A stretch of DNA of 62,557 nucleotides, counting the filler. It is 9 parts of 9 records of this genome, joined end to end, with 100 filler letters (N's around TTAATTAATTAA, not from the genome) between each part and the next. Parts side by side here need not be neighbours in the genome. Positions count along the whole stretch, not along the records: positions 30,712 to 36,263 come from SRR31156797_38580; positions 36,364 to 42,369 come from SRR31156797_38603; positions 42,470 to 55,761 come from SRR31156797_38607; 6 more parts are not named here. One strand, given 5' to 3'. The number at the start of each line of letters is the position of its first letter. The stretch's first letter is position 1. The notes below the pieces were generated by a model. It was not told where the DNA came from, did not search any database, and saw only the letters and a program-made list of their open reading frames with translations. Positions 32,948 through 42,709 of this stretch are shown here, piece after piece. Made by a program: the position numbers and the translations under genes.

Positions 32948-35209
32948 GTGAAGGTTATCAAACGGGATCTCAGGGAATCGGATATCGATATCAAAGAGAT
33001 ACGCGCTGCCCTGACGCGGGCCTGTGAAGGAACAGGGATTGATTCCCTGGAGATAGAAAGCCATATCGATGCGATTTTCCACGACAAGATCACCACATCC
33101 GAGATTCAGCTGGCCCTGGTGGACATAACGTCCAGGCTCAGCTCAGTGGACAGGCCCGAGTTCAGAATCATAGCCGCCAGGCTCATGCTGATGGACTACT
33201 ATAAAGCGGCCATGCATACGCGGGGATGGGAGGATGAGGTCTACGGCGATTACCCCGCCTTCGTGTCCCTTATGGTGAAAAGGGGTCTCTATTCCCCCCA
33301 GATCCTCGACCTTTACACTCCCGGGGAGCTGAAAAAGGCAGGGCAAATGATCCGGGGGGACTACGATTTCGACTTTGATTTTGCGGGCGCCCGGCTTCTG
33401 ACCAACAGATACCTGATCAGGGACGGAGACGCCCCCATGGAACTGCCCCAGGAGATGTTCATGACCATCAGCCTCTACCTGGCGGGCAGGGAGGGCGGGG
33501 ACCGTCTGCAGACAGCGGAGAAGTTTTATCATGCCATTGCGGGCAGGAAGCTCTCCCTGGCGACCCCCATACTGATCAATCTCAGAAAAGACAACGCCAA
33601 CCTTTCCAGCTGTTTCATCACGGCGATGGACGATTCCCTGGATTCCATCTTCTTCAACATCAACACAGTGGCCCAGATCTCCAAGAACGGGGGCGGCGTA
33701 GGCTTGAACCTTTCCCGTATCAGGGCCGCCGGCTCCGAGATCAAGGGCATTCCCAATGCCTCTGGAGGTATCCTTCCCTGGATCAAAATCCTCAATGACA
33801 CCGCCGTCGCCGTGAATCAGCTGGGAAAGAGGGCCGGAGCCGTTACGGTAGCCGTGGACATCTGGCACCTCGACATTCCCGATTTCCTGGAGATGCAGAC
33901 AGAGACGGGAGACCAGAGAAAGAAGGCCTACGATATCTTCCCCCAGATCGTCATTCCCGACCTCTTCATGAAACGCGTGGAAGGGAGGGGGGAATGGACC
34001 CTTTTCGATCCCCATGAGATTCGCAAGCACTACGGCTGTTCTCCGGCCGAACTGTGGGGGGAGGAGTTTGAAGAGCTCTATCTTGAGCTGGAGGCGGATG
34101 CAAGACTGGAGAGGACCAAGAGGCTGCCGGCCATTGAGCTGTTCAAACAGATCATGAAGGCCCAGATAGAAACGGGCATGCCCTATCTCTTTTTCAAGGA
34201 TACGGTTAACCGTCTGAATCCCAACAGCCATGACGGTTTTATCGGCAGCGGCAATCTCTGCCAGGAGTCTTTCTCCAATTTCCGGCCTTCGGTCATCGAG
34301 AAGACGCGGATCGAGGACGGGAAGGTCAGCCAGGAGAGCTCCCGGGGGCTGATCCACACCTGTAATCTCCTGAGCCTGAACCTGGCGACCATCGCGGATG
34401 AACAGGAGCTTGAAAGCGCGGTCAAGACGGGTATCCGCATCCTGGATAACGCCATAGACCTGACCGACTCCCCTGCCCCAGAGAGCATCCTCCACAACAG
34501 GCGCTACCGGACCGTCGGCCTGGGCGCTATGGGATTGGCCGACTATCTGGCCGTCAGGAAGATCCGCTACGACCGATCGGAGGAAAGGGTTGATGAATTG
34601 TTTGAGAAGATCGCCCTCTATTCCCTGGAAGAGAGCGCAGACCTGGCGGAAGAAAGGGGCGTTTACGAAGCCTATGAGGGAAGCGGCTGGTCTAAGGGCG
34701 TCTACTTCGGCAAAGACATCAATTGGTTTCAGGAGCACTCCTCCCTGTCAGGCCGATGGGAGAACCTGATGGTCAAGGTTTACAGCTCGGGCGTCCGCAA
34801 CGGGCAGCTGCTGGCGATAGCGCCCAATACCTCAAGCGCCCTTCTCCAGGGCTGTACCTCCAGCGTCCTCCCTGTGTACAGCAAATTCCATGTGGATAAG
34901 AACGCCAACGGTTCGGTCCCCATCTGCCCCCCCTTTATCAAGGACTCCCTCTGGTACTACAAGGAAAACAAGCATATTGAGCAGACGAATATCATCTCTG
35001 TTGTATCCAGAATCCAGAAATGGATCGACCAGGGGATCAGTATGGAACTCCTTTATAACCTGAACAACGACATCACGGCTCAGGATATCTACGATACCCT
35101 GTTCTCCGCATGGCGGCAGGGGTGCAAAACGGTCTATTACACCAGGACGATTCAAAGGAACAGCAATATCATGAACGAACAGGAAGCCTGCGTTTCCTGC
35201 GCCAATTAA
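32948..35209 (+). CDS. nrdA: Class I ribonucleotide reductase alpha subunit
   Basis: ATP-cone-like N-terminus, LATP, LSSCF, GNLCQE, APN, YY, C-terminal CVSCAN. Confidence 0.95.
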   Translation: MKVIKRDLRESDIDIKEIRAALTRACEGTGIDSLEIESHIDAIFHDKITTSEIQLALVDITSRLSSVDRPEFRIIAARLMLMDYYKAAMHTRGWEDEVYGDYPAFVSLMVKRGLYSPQILDLYTPGELKKAGQMIRGDYDFDFDFAGARLLTNRYLIRDGDAPMELPQEMFMTISLYLAGREGGDRLQTAEKFYHAIAGRKLSLATPILINLRKDNANLSSCFITAMDDSLDSIFFNINTVAQISKNGGGVGLNLSRIRAAGSEIKGIPNASGGILPWIKILNDTAVAVNQLGKRAGAVTVAVDIWHLDIPDFLEMQTETGDQRKKAYDIFPQIVIPDLFMKRVEGRGEWTLFDPHEIRKHYGCSPAELWGEEFEELYLELEADARLERTKRLPAIELFKQIMKAQIETGMPYLFFKDTVNRLNPNSHDGFIGSGNLCQESFSNFRPSVIEKTRIEDGKVSQESSRGLIHTCNLLSLNLATIADEQELESAVKTGIRILDNAIDLTDSPAPESILHNRRYRTVGLGAMGLADYLAVRKIRYDRSEERVDELFEKIALYSLEESADLAEERGVYEAYEGSGWSKGVYFGKDINWFQEHSSLSGRWENLMVKVYSSGVRNGQLLAIAPNTSSALLQGCTSSVLPVYSKFHVDKNANGSVPICPPFIKDSLWYYKENKHIEQTNIISVVSRIQKWIDQGISMELLYNLNNDITAQDIYDTLFSAWRQGCKTVYYTRTIQRNSNIMNEQEACVSCAN

Positions 35210-35223
35210 AGGAGGAACACAGC

Positions 35224-36263
35224 ATGGAAAGGATCTCACAGAAAAAACTATTCAATCCCTCGGGGTCGGACGATATCTCATCAAGGAAGCTGATCGGCGG
35301 CAACAGCACGAATCTCTTCAACCTGAATAACACCAAGTACTCCTGGGCCAACAAGATGTACAAGACCATGATGGAAAACTTCTGGATCCCCGAGAAGGTG
35401 GACCTGAGTTCGGATGTCCAGGATTATTCCCGGCTGACCGATCCGGAAAGGAGGGCCTACAACGGCATACTCTCCTTCCTGGTCTTCCTCGATTCCATCC
35501 AGACGAACAACGTTCCCAAGATCTCAGACTTCGTCACCGCGCCGGAGGTGAACCTGATTCTGGCCATCCAGACCTATCAGGAGGCGATCCACAGCCAGAG
35601 CTACGCGTATCTGATCGAATCTCTGATCCCCCCTGACAAGAGGGACGATATCTACGAATTCTGGAGGGATGACAGGGTTCTGTTCGGGCGGATCAGTTTT
35701 ATTGCCGGCATCTATCAGGACTTCCACGACGAGGAGAGCCCTCTGAATTTCGCGCGGACCCTGGTAGCCAACTATCTTCTGGAGTCGGTCTACTTCTACA
35801 ACGGATTCAACTTCTTCTACCTCCTCTCCAGCCGCAACCTGATGCCCGGATCGGCGGACATCATCCGCTATATAAACAGGGACGAGCTGACCCATGTGGT
35901 TATGTTCAAGAACATCATCCAGGGACTCACGGAGGAAAGAGCGGGGTATATCACAGAGGATCTGGTCTATCCCATGTTCGCCAAAGCGGTAGAACAGGAG
36001 ATCGAGTGGACCAACCATATCATCGGGAACGATGTCCTGGGAGTGACCCGGGAAAGCACAGAGGAGTATACGAAATACATTGCCAACAAGAGGCTTAAGC
36101 ATCTGGATTTAGAGCCCCTGTATCCGGGCTATGATACGAATCCTTATGTTCATCTGGAACGGATCGCCGACACAGAGGGCAACGGCGATGTGAAGGCGAA
36201 CTTCTTCGAGAGCACCGTCACCAGCTACAATCAGTCCAGTGTCATTTCCGGCTGGGATCAGCT
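35224..36263 (+). CDS. nrdB: Class I ribonucleotide reductase beta subunit, 3' end at contig edge
   Basis: FWIPE, LDSIQ, EAIHSQSY, ESVYFY, RDELTH, NFFE; AGGAGG RBS. Confidence 0.95.
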
Positions 36264-36443
36264 NNNNNNNNNNNNNNNNNNNNNNNNNNNNNNNNNNNNN
36301 NNNNNNNTTAATTAATTAANNNNNNNNNNNNNNNNNNNNNNNNNNNNNNNNNNNNNNNNNNNNAATATCTGCTTTATATTTACAACCAGTTATCCCTGCA
36401 TATAATGAACTATATGCCACTAATCCAATCAATATGATTTTTT

Positions 36444-36749
36444 TCATTTAGATAACCACCAACTTTCAATCCATATTTCAACAGGTCTTCTATTTTCAGG
36501 ATATATACGAATTTTCGTTTTATATGAACTTGTATCGTCAACTATACTAACTTCTTGTCCTTTTTCAAGTAGAAAACAATAACCATAATCTATTAAATAA
36601 TTTATAGCTTTTTGATCTTTACTTCTTATTGCATTATTCATTTCATTATTTTTACTTTTAGTAATACATCCCCATGTATTGTCTATATTTATTGTACTTG
36701 ATGCAAATAATACACCAGTTGATAATAATACCATTAATATTTTATTCAT
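36444..36749 (-). CDS. Small exported hypothetical protein (possibly SH3-like)
   Basis: Signal peptide MNKILMVLLSTGVLFA; LEKGQEVSIVD...EIWI; AGGAG RBS. Confidence 0.6.
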   Translation of the reverse strand: MNKILMVLLSTGVLFASSTINIDNTWGCITKSKNNEMNNAIRSKDQKAINYLIDYGYCFLLEKGQEVSIVDDTSSYKTKIRIYPENRRPVEIWIESWWLSK

Positions 36750-36775
36750 CGTTTTTTCTCCTTTTTATTTACTAT

Positions 36776-36807
36776 ATATAACAATATTATATATAGTATT
36801 GTTATAT
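36776..36807. repeat. 32-bp near-perfect palindrome between divergent genes
   Basis: ATATAACAATATTATATATAGTATTGTTATAT. Confidence 0.7.
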
Positions 36808-36852
36808 GGATTCTATCTTGATAAACTTTAACAAAAAATTAAAGTGTCAATT

Positions 36853-37122
36853 ATGAAAGATTTAGCAGTTGTAAATCCTGAAGATTTAAACAATTTTTAT
36901 AAAACTATTTCATCCAATATAAAACGATTAAGAAAAGAAAATAACAAGCCTCAATTAGATTTAGTATTAGAAATGGGTTTAAAATCTACATCATTTTATA
37001 GTAAATGTGAAAATGCAAAAGATAACCATCATTTCAATCTTGAACATCTTTATAAAATCGCTATCGCTCTTGATGTTGATATTTGCGAACTATTTAAAGA
37101 TATAAAAACAAAAAAAGACTAA
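36853..37122 (+). CDS. XRE family HTH regulator
   Basis: NIKRLRKE...FYSKCE...FNLEHLYKIAIALDV. Confidence 0.85.
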   Translation: MKDLAVVNPEDLNNFYKTISSNIKRLRKENNKPQLDLVLEMGLKSTSFYSKCENAKDNHHFNLEHLYKIAIALDVDICELFKDIKTKKD

Positions 37123-37125
37123 ATC

Positions 37126-37440
37126 CTAAGATTTAATCTCTTCTAGCACCTCATCAAAAATATCATCAAAATACTTATCTAGTGTCTTATAAGATATAGC
37201 TGTTTTCTTATGTACTTGATATTTATTAGGTTTGATATTTGAGTGTATCAGCTCTTTTATAGCTGTTTTTATCTCATCTTTTTTTCTACTTGTTTTTATA
37301 GCTCTAGCTTTTATAAGTATATCACTTGGAGCTGTTCTTAACTGCTTGATATGTTCTAACTGTTTAAATACTGTTGTGTTTCTTTTTTTTACTATATCTT
37401 TTATTTTAAAGAATAGTTCATCATCTATATCTATGATCAT
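37126..37440 (-). CDS. Small DNA-binding hypothetical protein
   Basis: HTH-like KYQVHKKTAISYKTLDKY; AAGGAG RBS. Confidence 0.6.
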   Translation of the reverse strand: MIIDIDDELFFKIKDIVKKRNTTVFKQLEHIKQLRTAPSDILIKARAIKTSRKKDEIKTAIKELIHSNIKPNKYQVHKKTAISYKTLDKYFDDIFDEVLEEIKS

Positions 37441-37755
37441 AAATCTCCTTTTTTATCTTTTTATATATTAAATGTCCCTGTTGTCCTAATTGTATTTAGT
37501 AAGAATAATAGTAAAATTGAATATATTTATACTATTATTCAACTAGGAATAGGACATCGAAATAAAAATTTCAACAAGTGATAGAGTTCTTGGTGAGATA
37601 TACCCTAGTAATTCATATCATCTGTTTCTAAGAACCTATTAATACCTATACTTATAAGTTTATTTTAAGAATAAAGCTATCTACTATACATACAAGCTTT
37701 ATCAAGATTTTTTCTATTCATTTTCCATTTACTTTTTTCACAATAACTTATAAGA

Positions 37756-38469
37756 TCATATCGGTTTAATCTCTACATCTAAACCTGTAAATCTTTTTAT
37801 CGTTTTCTTGATTTTCTCAAAGAGGTCATCGATATTGTTAAGCATATAATCCTTAGTATAGTTCCCTTTAAATACAAACTCTATACGGTGCAGTTTTTTT
37901 GATAGATTTTCTTTTTTAGATTTGAGATAACTTTTTATATCCATAGTGCTGTTTGTATTTCCCTCTTTTAAGGTTTTATAATAAGTCGTATTTTTATCTG
38001 TCTTTTTTCTGGGTCTTTTTTGCTCTATGTTTTTTATAGCTTTATTAAAAGCTTTTGTATCTCGTATATCTATAGCTATATCAATCCTTGGGATAAAACT
38101 ATCCATCAACTCTTTTTTTTGTGTTTGTAAAATTTTGTTCATATATAACGCCCTTTCATCATATCTTCTAAGTCCTGCAAACTCTACAGTCTGCAACATT
38201 TTGTTTTTTGTTGCTGAATATCTTTTAAGAGGTAATGAATATCCATAAAAAGTATGTAAACATTTACCCTCTATGATATTTCTAGTTATACTCTTACCAA
38301 ATTCATTTTTCCATCTATGGGGTATAAATATACCAATACCCTTTATAGGCTCTATCTTATAATATCTCTCATCCATAAATTTATCTTCTATATATTCTTT
38401 CGATAGATTTAAAGAATCAACATGGACTGGATACGCCCTCTTTTTAGGATAAAGCCTTTTTTTAGGCAT
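37756..38469 (-). CDS. Putative Rep_trans-like rolling-circle initiator/relaxase
   Basis: VDSL, RIDIAID, TTYY, IKSYLK, RIEF in the order seen in Rep_trans proteins; AGGAGG before ATG 38469. Confidence 0.55.
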   Translation of the reverse strand: MPKKRLYPKKRAYPVHVDSLNLSKEYIEDKFMDERYYKIEPIKGIGIFIPHRWKNEFGKSITRNIIEGKCLHTFYGYSLPLKRYSATKNKMLQTVEFAGLRRYDERALYMNKILQTQKKELMDSFIPRIDIAIDIRDTKAFNKAIKNIEQKRPRKKTDKNTTYYKTLKEGNTNSTMDIKSYLKSKKENLSKKLHRIEFVFKGNYTKDYMLNNIDDLFEKIKKTIKRFTGLDVEIKPI

Positions 38470-38665
38470 TACTTTATCCTCCTGCATTAGGTGCTTTTTA
38501 AAATTTATTTTTAATAACTTTGCGGAATGCTTTTAAGAAGTATTTGTAAGAGGATAGAGTATAATCAAGTTGCGAAACACGATATACCTCATCACTGGCT
38601 TACAAATAGACTTAATCTATTGATGAGGTTATCAACTGCTGTTTAAATTTATCATCGTTTTATCT

Positions 38666-38914
38666 TTATGCTGTTTTTATTGTTTGGGTTAAAAACTCTG
38701 CTACATCTATGATATTAAATCGTACCGTTGCATTTTTGGCTTTACCGATTTTTATGTAGTTTGGTATCCCGTAACCTTTTTGCATATATAGATCAATGGT
38801 AGAAGTAGATACACCCATCTCTTGGGCTAGTTCTTTTTTGCTAAGTGTTGCTTTTTTGTAAGTAGCTCTTAATAGTTCGTAAAACTCTTTTGTTTGTGGA
38901 TTTGAAAATTCCAT
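38666..38914 (-). CDS. AlpA/excisionase-like HTH protein
   Basis: LSKKELAQEMGVSTSTI...PNYIKIG...VRF. Confidence 0.8.
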   Translation of the reverse strand: MEFSNPQTKEFYELLRATYKKATLSKKELAQEMGVSTSTIDLYMQKGYGIPNYIKIGKAKNATVRFNIIDVAEFLTQTIKTA

Positions 38915-39017
38915 AAATTTACCTCTCTTTTGGTTTAATTTATGAAAGTATAGGATATTTGATAGTGGATAATGAAAGAATTTAGTTGTAAATTTTTACA
39001 ATTTGCTTTTTTAAAAT

Positions 39018-39836
39018 TTACTTAAATGTCCCTCCTTTTATACTCTTTTCTAGTTCCATTTGTTCATTTATAAACTCACTTTCTGCTTCAATTATTTCAA
39101 CAATATTATTGATCAAAGAGGTTAAATTATTAGGATAATTACAAAACTCTATATCTAATTTATCAATATTACAAAGTAGTTCTTTTTTTAAATCTCTAAA
39201 ATCTTTTAAATTTATTTGGTCGATTTTTTTTCTATTTTTATCTTGAAGATATAAAAATTCATTTATAAAATCTATTGTGGCATTTAGATTTTTTTCTTTT
39301 TCATTGGTTGATCTACCTTTTAGATTTTTTTTAAATATTGGGTTTTCTTTTAAATCTTTTAATTTTATATATTCATCAACAAAGTTATTTACATAAATTA
39401 TAAAATCATAAAATGAATCATTTGTTGCTCTTTTTATATAAATAAATCTTCCATTATTTTCGCTTTCAATATCTCCTAGAATAAATTTTTCTACTTCTTC
39501 TTGCTTATCTACAATTTTTAAATAAAGGTTCTTAGATATATCTCTTTCCCAAGATAATATTTCAATTAATCTTTTTGATCTAAATGAAAGTGTACCACCT
39601 CTTTCCCATTTATTTTTTTCTTCATAATATTTTTCTACATATGAATAGTGATTCGTTTGATTAAGTATTTTATTGTTTTGCCTTTTGTAAAAAAACGCAT
39701 AAAGTTCTAATTGATTATTTTTGTATTTTTGATAATATCTTTTTATAGTTTCGGTTTTAAGAGAGTTTTCTAAAGTATTAAATTTTTCTATCCATTCTTT
39801 AAGTGAAAGAGTTGGAAATACATTATTATCTTTCAT
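39018..39836 (-). CDS. Hypothetical cargo protein
   Basis: 272-aa ORF in very AT-rich DNA; no motif recognised. Confidence 0.6.
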   Translation of the reverse strand: MKDNNVFPTLSLKEWIEKFNTLENSLKTETIKRYYQKYKNNQLELYAFFYKRQNNKILNQTNHYSYVEKYYEEKNKWERGGTLSFRSKRLIEILSWERDISKNLYLKIVDKQEEVEKFILGDIESENNGRFIYIKRATNDSFYDFIIYVNNFVDEYIKLKDLKENPIFKKNLKGRSTNEKEKNLNATIDFINEFLYLQDKNRKKIDQINLKDFRDLKKELLCNIDKLDIEFCNYPNNLTSLINNIVEIIEAESEFINEQMELEKSIKGGTFK

Positions 39837-39844
39837 ATGTTAAA

Positions 39845-40129
39845 CTAATTCAATTTTTCTCTATATTTATTTATACCAATAATGATAATTTGATTTTTAA
39901 TAGTATCTACTTTATAAGGTATTACATATCCTTTAAATACAAGATCTCTTATATTCTTATCTTTGAAATAGATCGATTCTCTATATTTGAAAGGCATATT
40001 TGGTATATCATCTATAAGCTCATCTAAATCTATCTGAAACTTTATAGCTTGATTTACACTATCCTGAGCTATATACTCCATGATAGATTGAAGTTTGATA
40101 AGATATTTTATATCTCTAATTATTAGCAT
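39845..40129 (-). CDS. RelE/ParE family toxin
   Basis: YIAQDS..QA, PFKYR, IRDLVFKGYVIPY. Confidence 0.85.
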   Translation of the reverse strand: MLIIRDIKYLIKLQSIMEYIAQDSVNQAIKFQIDLDELIDDIPNMPFKYRESIYFKDKNIRDLVFKGYVIPYKVDTIKNQIIIIGINKYREKLN

Positions 40130-40382
40130 ATTTAGCTGTTAGATTTTCTTTGAAGCTGTTCATTTGGTTAGTGTACTGTTCTTGGGATAATAGCTCTGTA
40201 TTACCGTTTTCTATATCTTCTAAGCATTGATTAAAATACTGTTTTGTTTGTTCAAAATCATTATCTATAGTATCACCCTCTTTTACTTCAAAGTTTTTGA
40301 TCATACCATCTTTTAAACTTTTTATAACAGTTAAAAATGATTCATAATTGTTATCTTCTACTTGAAGCTGTATAGTTCTCAT
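40116..40382 (-). CDS. Putative antitoxin
   Basis: Small acidic ORF overlapping the toxin start. Confidence 0.7.
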   Translation of the reverse strand: MRTIQLQVEDNNYESFLTVIKSLKDGMIKNFEVKEGDTIDNDFEQTKQYFNQCLEDIENGNTELLSQEQYTNQMNSFKENLTAKYANN

Positions 40383-40439
40383 CTTTACCTCTTTTTTGTT
40401 TTATTATACCTTATTTTCTATAGAGTTTTATAAAGTTTT

Positions 40440-41328
40440 CTATCTGTATAAGTTTTTTACTGCTTCCATACCACTCTCTGGTGCTAATTTTGCATATCTC
40501 ATAGTCATCTTTATATCACTATGGTTCATAAGCTTTTGAATAGTAAATATTGGTGTTCCATTAATCGCTAAGTGTGAAGCGAATGTGTGTCTAAGAGTAT
40601 GTATAACTGCTCTATTTTTAGAATCTTTACTATCCAATCCTTGATTAAATAGATCATCAATAATTCTTAAAAGTTTTCGTTGAAGTGTTCTAGTAGCGTA
40701 TTTTATATTTTGACCACCTACAAGATAACTATTTGCAGTAAGATTTTGAATATACTTTTTTAAATATAAAACTGTCTCATCATCTAAAAAGCCTTTATAG
40801 GTACTATTGTTTTTTAAATCTTTCAATGTAACGGTATCACTATCTAAATTTAAATCTTTTTTTTGTATGTTTAAAATAGTCTCTAATCTTCCACCTGTAG
40901 TAAGTGATAGTTTAACAAATAAACTTAAAGCAGTATCAAACTCTATAGCACTATATAATTCTTTAACCTCATCTGTAGTTAAGTATCTATCTCTTGTATT
41001 ATCAATCTTTTTTTCTTTAAACTTTTTATGTTGTAGAGGATTAGGCTTATTAAATATTTTCTCTTCTATAGCAAAATTGAATAAGGTTTTTAACAATCCA
41101 ATTTGTACGGAAATAGTTTTATCTGATTTTCCCAAATCCTTTAGATCAGTTTTAAGTTTAAGAGCTTCTTCCGTAGTAATATATTCAATGTCTCTTTTCC
41201 CATATCTTTTTTTTAAATGAGCATTGTAGTTTTTTTCTGTACTAGTAAATACTGCTCCATGATCTATTTTATCTCTTTTATATTTTTCAAACACTTCATC
41301 AAGAGTAATGATCTCTTTCTTTTTTTTA
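40440..41328 (-). pseudogene. Tyrosine integrase interrupted at its 5' end by IS1595
   Basis: TGGR, HTLRH, HSDIKMTMRY. The frame runs into the IS end and hits a TGA near 41360 with no native start. Confidence 0.82.
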
Positions 41329-42369
41329 CGCTCTAATAGCGTTAAAGGTGTAAGTATTCAAAAAATGGTATAATACTCTTAAAGAAACTTCAAATAAGGA
41401 GGTTCTAACAATGTTAACTAAAGCATTTAATCAACTTTTATCTATGCTAGATAAATTAACTCCGGCTCAATCTAAAAAAGTGGTTATTAAATTATCTAAC
41501 CAAAAAGAGCAAAATAATATTGAAGAAACAATCGGTCAAATAGAATCCTGTCCTCATTGTGGTTCAACACACTTCAATAAATGGGGAACCAGAGCAAATC
41601 TGCAAAGATACAAATGTAAAGAGTGTAATAAAACCTTTAATACTTTAACTCATACACCCCTCGCAAGGCTCAGACATAAAGAAGTATGGGAAACTTATGC
41701 TAATGATCTTATAGATGGAGTATCTTTGAGAAAAAGTGCAGAGCATTGTGGTGTAGATACAAGTACCGCATTTAGATGGAGACATAGGATGCTGCAAATT
41801 CCCAAAGAGAGTAAAGTTGCACTGCATGGAATTGTAGAGTTTGATGAAACCTATTTCCTAGAATCTCACAAGGGAGAAAGAGATCTAAAAACCCCTAGAA
41901 AAAGAGGTGGTAGAGCTGTAAGAAGAGGAGTATCAAAAGAACAGACCTCAGTAATGATCATCAGAGATAGAAATGGCAATACCGATGATGCTATCTTAAA
42001 AAGAAGCGACAAAGAGACAATATCTAAAGTGATGAAACCAATCCTAACACAAGATGTTTTACTCTGTAGTGATTCAAAACCCTCTTATATAGCATTCTCT
42101 ACAAGTGAACACTTAAAACATGAAACAATTAACCTTTCAAAAAAAGAGTATATAAGAGAAGGTATCTATCATGTTCAAAACGTAAATGCATATGATAGTA
42201 GATTGAAAATATGGATGAAACGATTTCATGGAGTAGCTACAAAGTATTTAAACAGCTATTTAGGATGGATGAGGATGCTAGATAAGGAAAAATCTTTAAC
42301 AGTCGATAGTTTACTTAAAATTATTTCTGGTCATAAATTTGAGTATCAACCGTTAATGCAAACATAGCG
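41329..42369 (+). mobile_element. IS1595 family insertion sequence (1041 bp)
   Basis: Imperfect terminal IRs: CGCTCTAATAGCGTTAAAGGT on the left, reverse complement CGCTATGTTTGCATTAACGGT on the right. The contig ends exactly at the right IR. Confidence 0.85.
41411..42367 (+). CDS. IS1595 family transposase (ISPna2-like)
   Basis: CPHC/CKEC zinc ribbon, HTH, EFDETY, HVQNVN, FHGVATKYLNSYLGW. Confidence 0.93.
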   Translation: MLTKAFNQLLSMLDKLTPAQSKKVVIKLSNQKEQNNIEETIGQIESCPHCGSTHFNKWGTRANLQRYKCKECNKTFNTLTHTPLARLRHKEVWETYANDLIDGVSLRKSAEHCGVDTSTAFRWRHRMLQIPKESKVALHGIVEFDETYFLESHKGERDLKTPRKRGGRAVRRGVSKEQTSVMIIRDRNGNTDDAILKRSDKETISKVMKPILTQDVLLCSDSKPSYIAFSTSEHLKHETINLSKKEYIREGIYHVQNVNAYDSRLKIWMKRFHGVATKYLNSYLGWMRMLDKEKSLTVDSLLKIISGHKFEYQPLMQT

Positions 42370-42469
42370 NNNNNNNNNNNNNNNNNNNNNNNNNNNNNNN
42401 NNNNNNNNNNNNNTTAATTAATTAANNNNNNNNNNNNNNNNNNNNNNNNNNNNNNNNNNNNNNNNNNNN

Positions 42470-42572
42470 CACCCTCATTTTCTCTATCTTCATCATCAAT
42501 CAATATAACCATTTTACCATTTATAAGATCTTCTACAGCCTGCTCTATTTTCAATATAGACTTCGTATACAT
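42470..42572 (-). CDS. ribB: 3,4-dihydroxy-2-butanone-4-phosphate synthase N-terminus (ribB or ribBA), truncated
   Basis: [26 protein letters not shown]. Confidence 0.85.
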
Positions 42573-42640
42573 GCTCAACTCCAAAATAAGTAGATTCATC
42601 CAGATTATGAATGTTTTAAATATTGTCCTACTTAGAAACT

Positions 42641-42674
42641 AAAAAGCGGGGATGCGCTCGGGATACATCCCCGC
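42641..42674 (-). terminator. Intrinsic terminator after the cytochrome gene
   Basis: GCGGGGATG / CATCCCCGC stem followed by T5 on the minus strand. Confidence 0.75.
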
Positions 42675-42709
42675 AAAAACAAAAGAAAAACACTTTCAGG
42701 AGGTCGTTC

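Larger units (their letters stand above)
36364..41328 (-). mobile_element. Small integrative element (integrase, TA pair, AlpA/Xis, Rep_trans-like initiator); ends not visible
   Basis: Co-oriented int, antitoxin, toxin, hypothetical, xis, rep; very AT-rich. Confidence 0.7.

Noticed and set aside
33143-34738. 531-aa minus-strand ORF
   Set aside because: Antisense shadow of nrdA.
35110-35223. N-terminal extension of NrdB overlapping nrdA
   Set aside because: A strong AGGAGG precedes ATG 35224, where the NrdB-like sequence begins.
37541-37551. AACTAGGAATA also present at 1325-1335
   Set aside because: An 11-bp AT-rich match between unrelated contigs is most likely chance.
42573-42709. FMN riboswitch upstream of ribB
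   Set aside because: No recognisable RFN consensus; the hairpin is explained as the cytochrome operon terminator.
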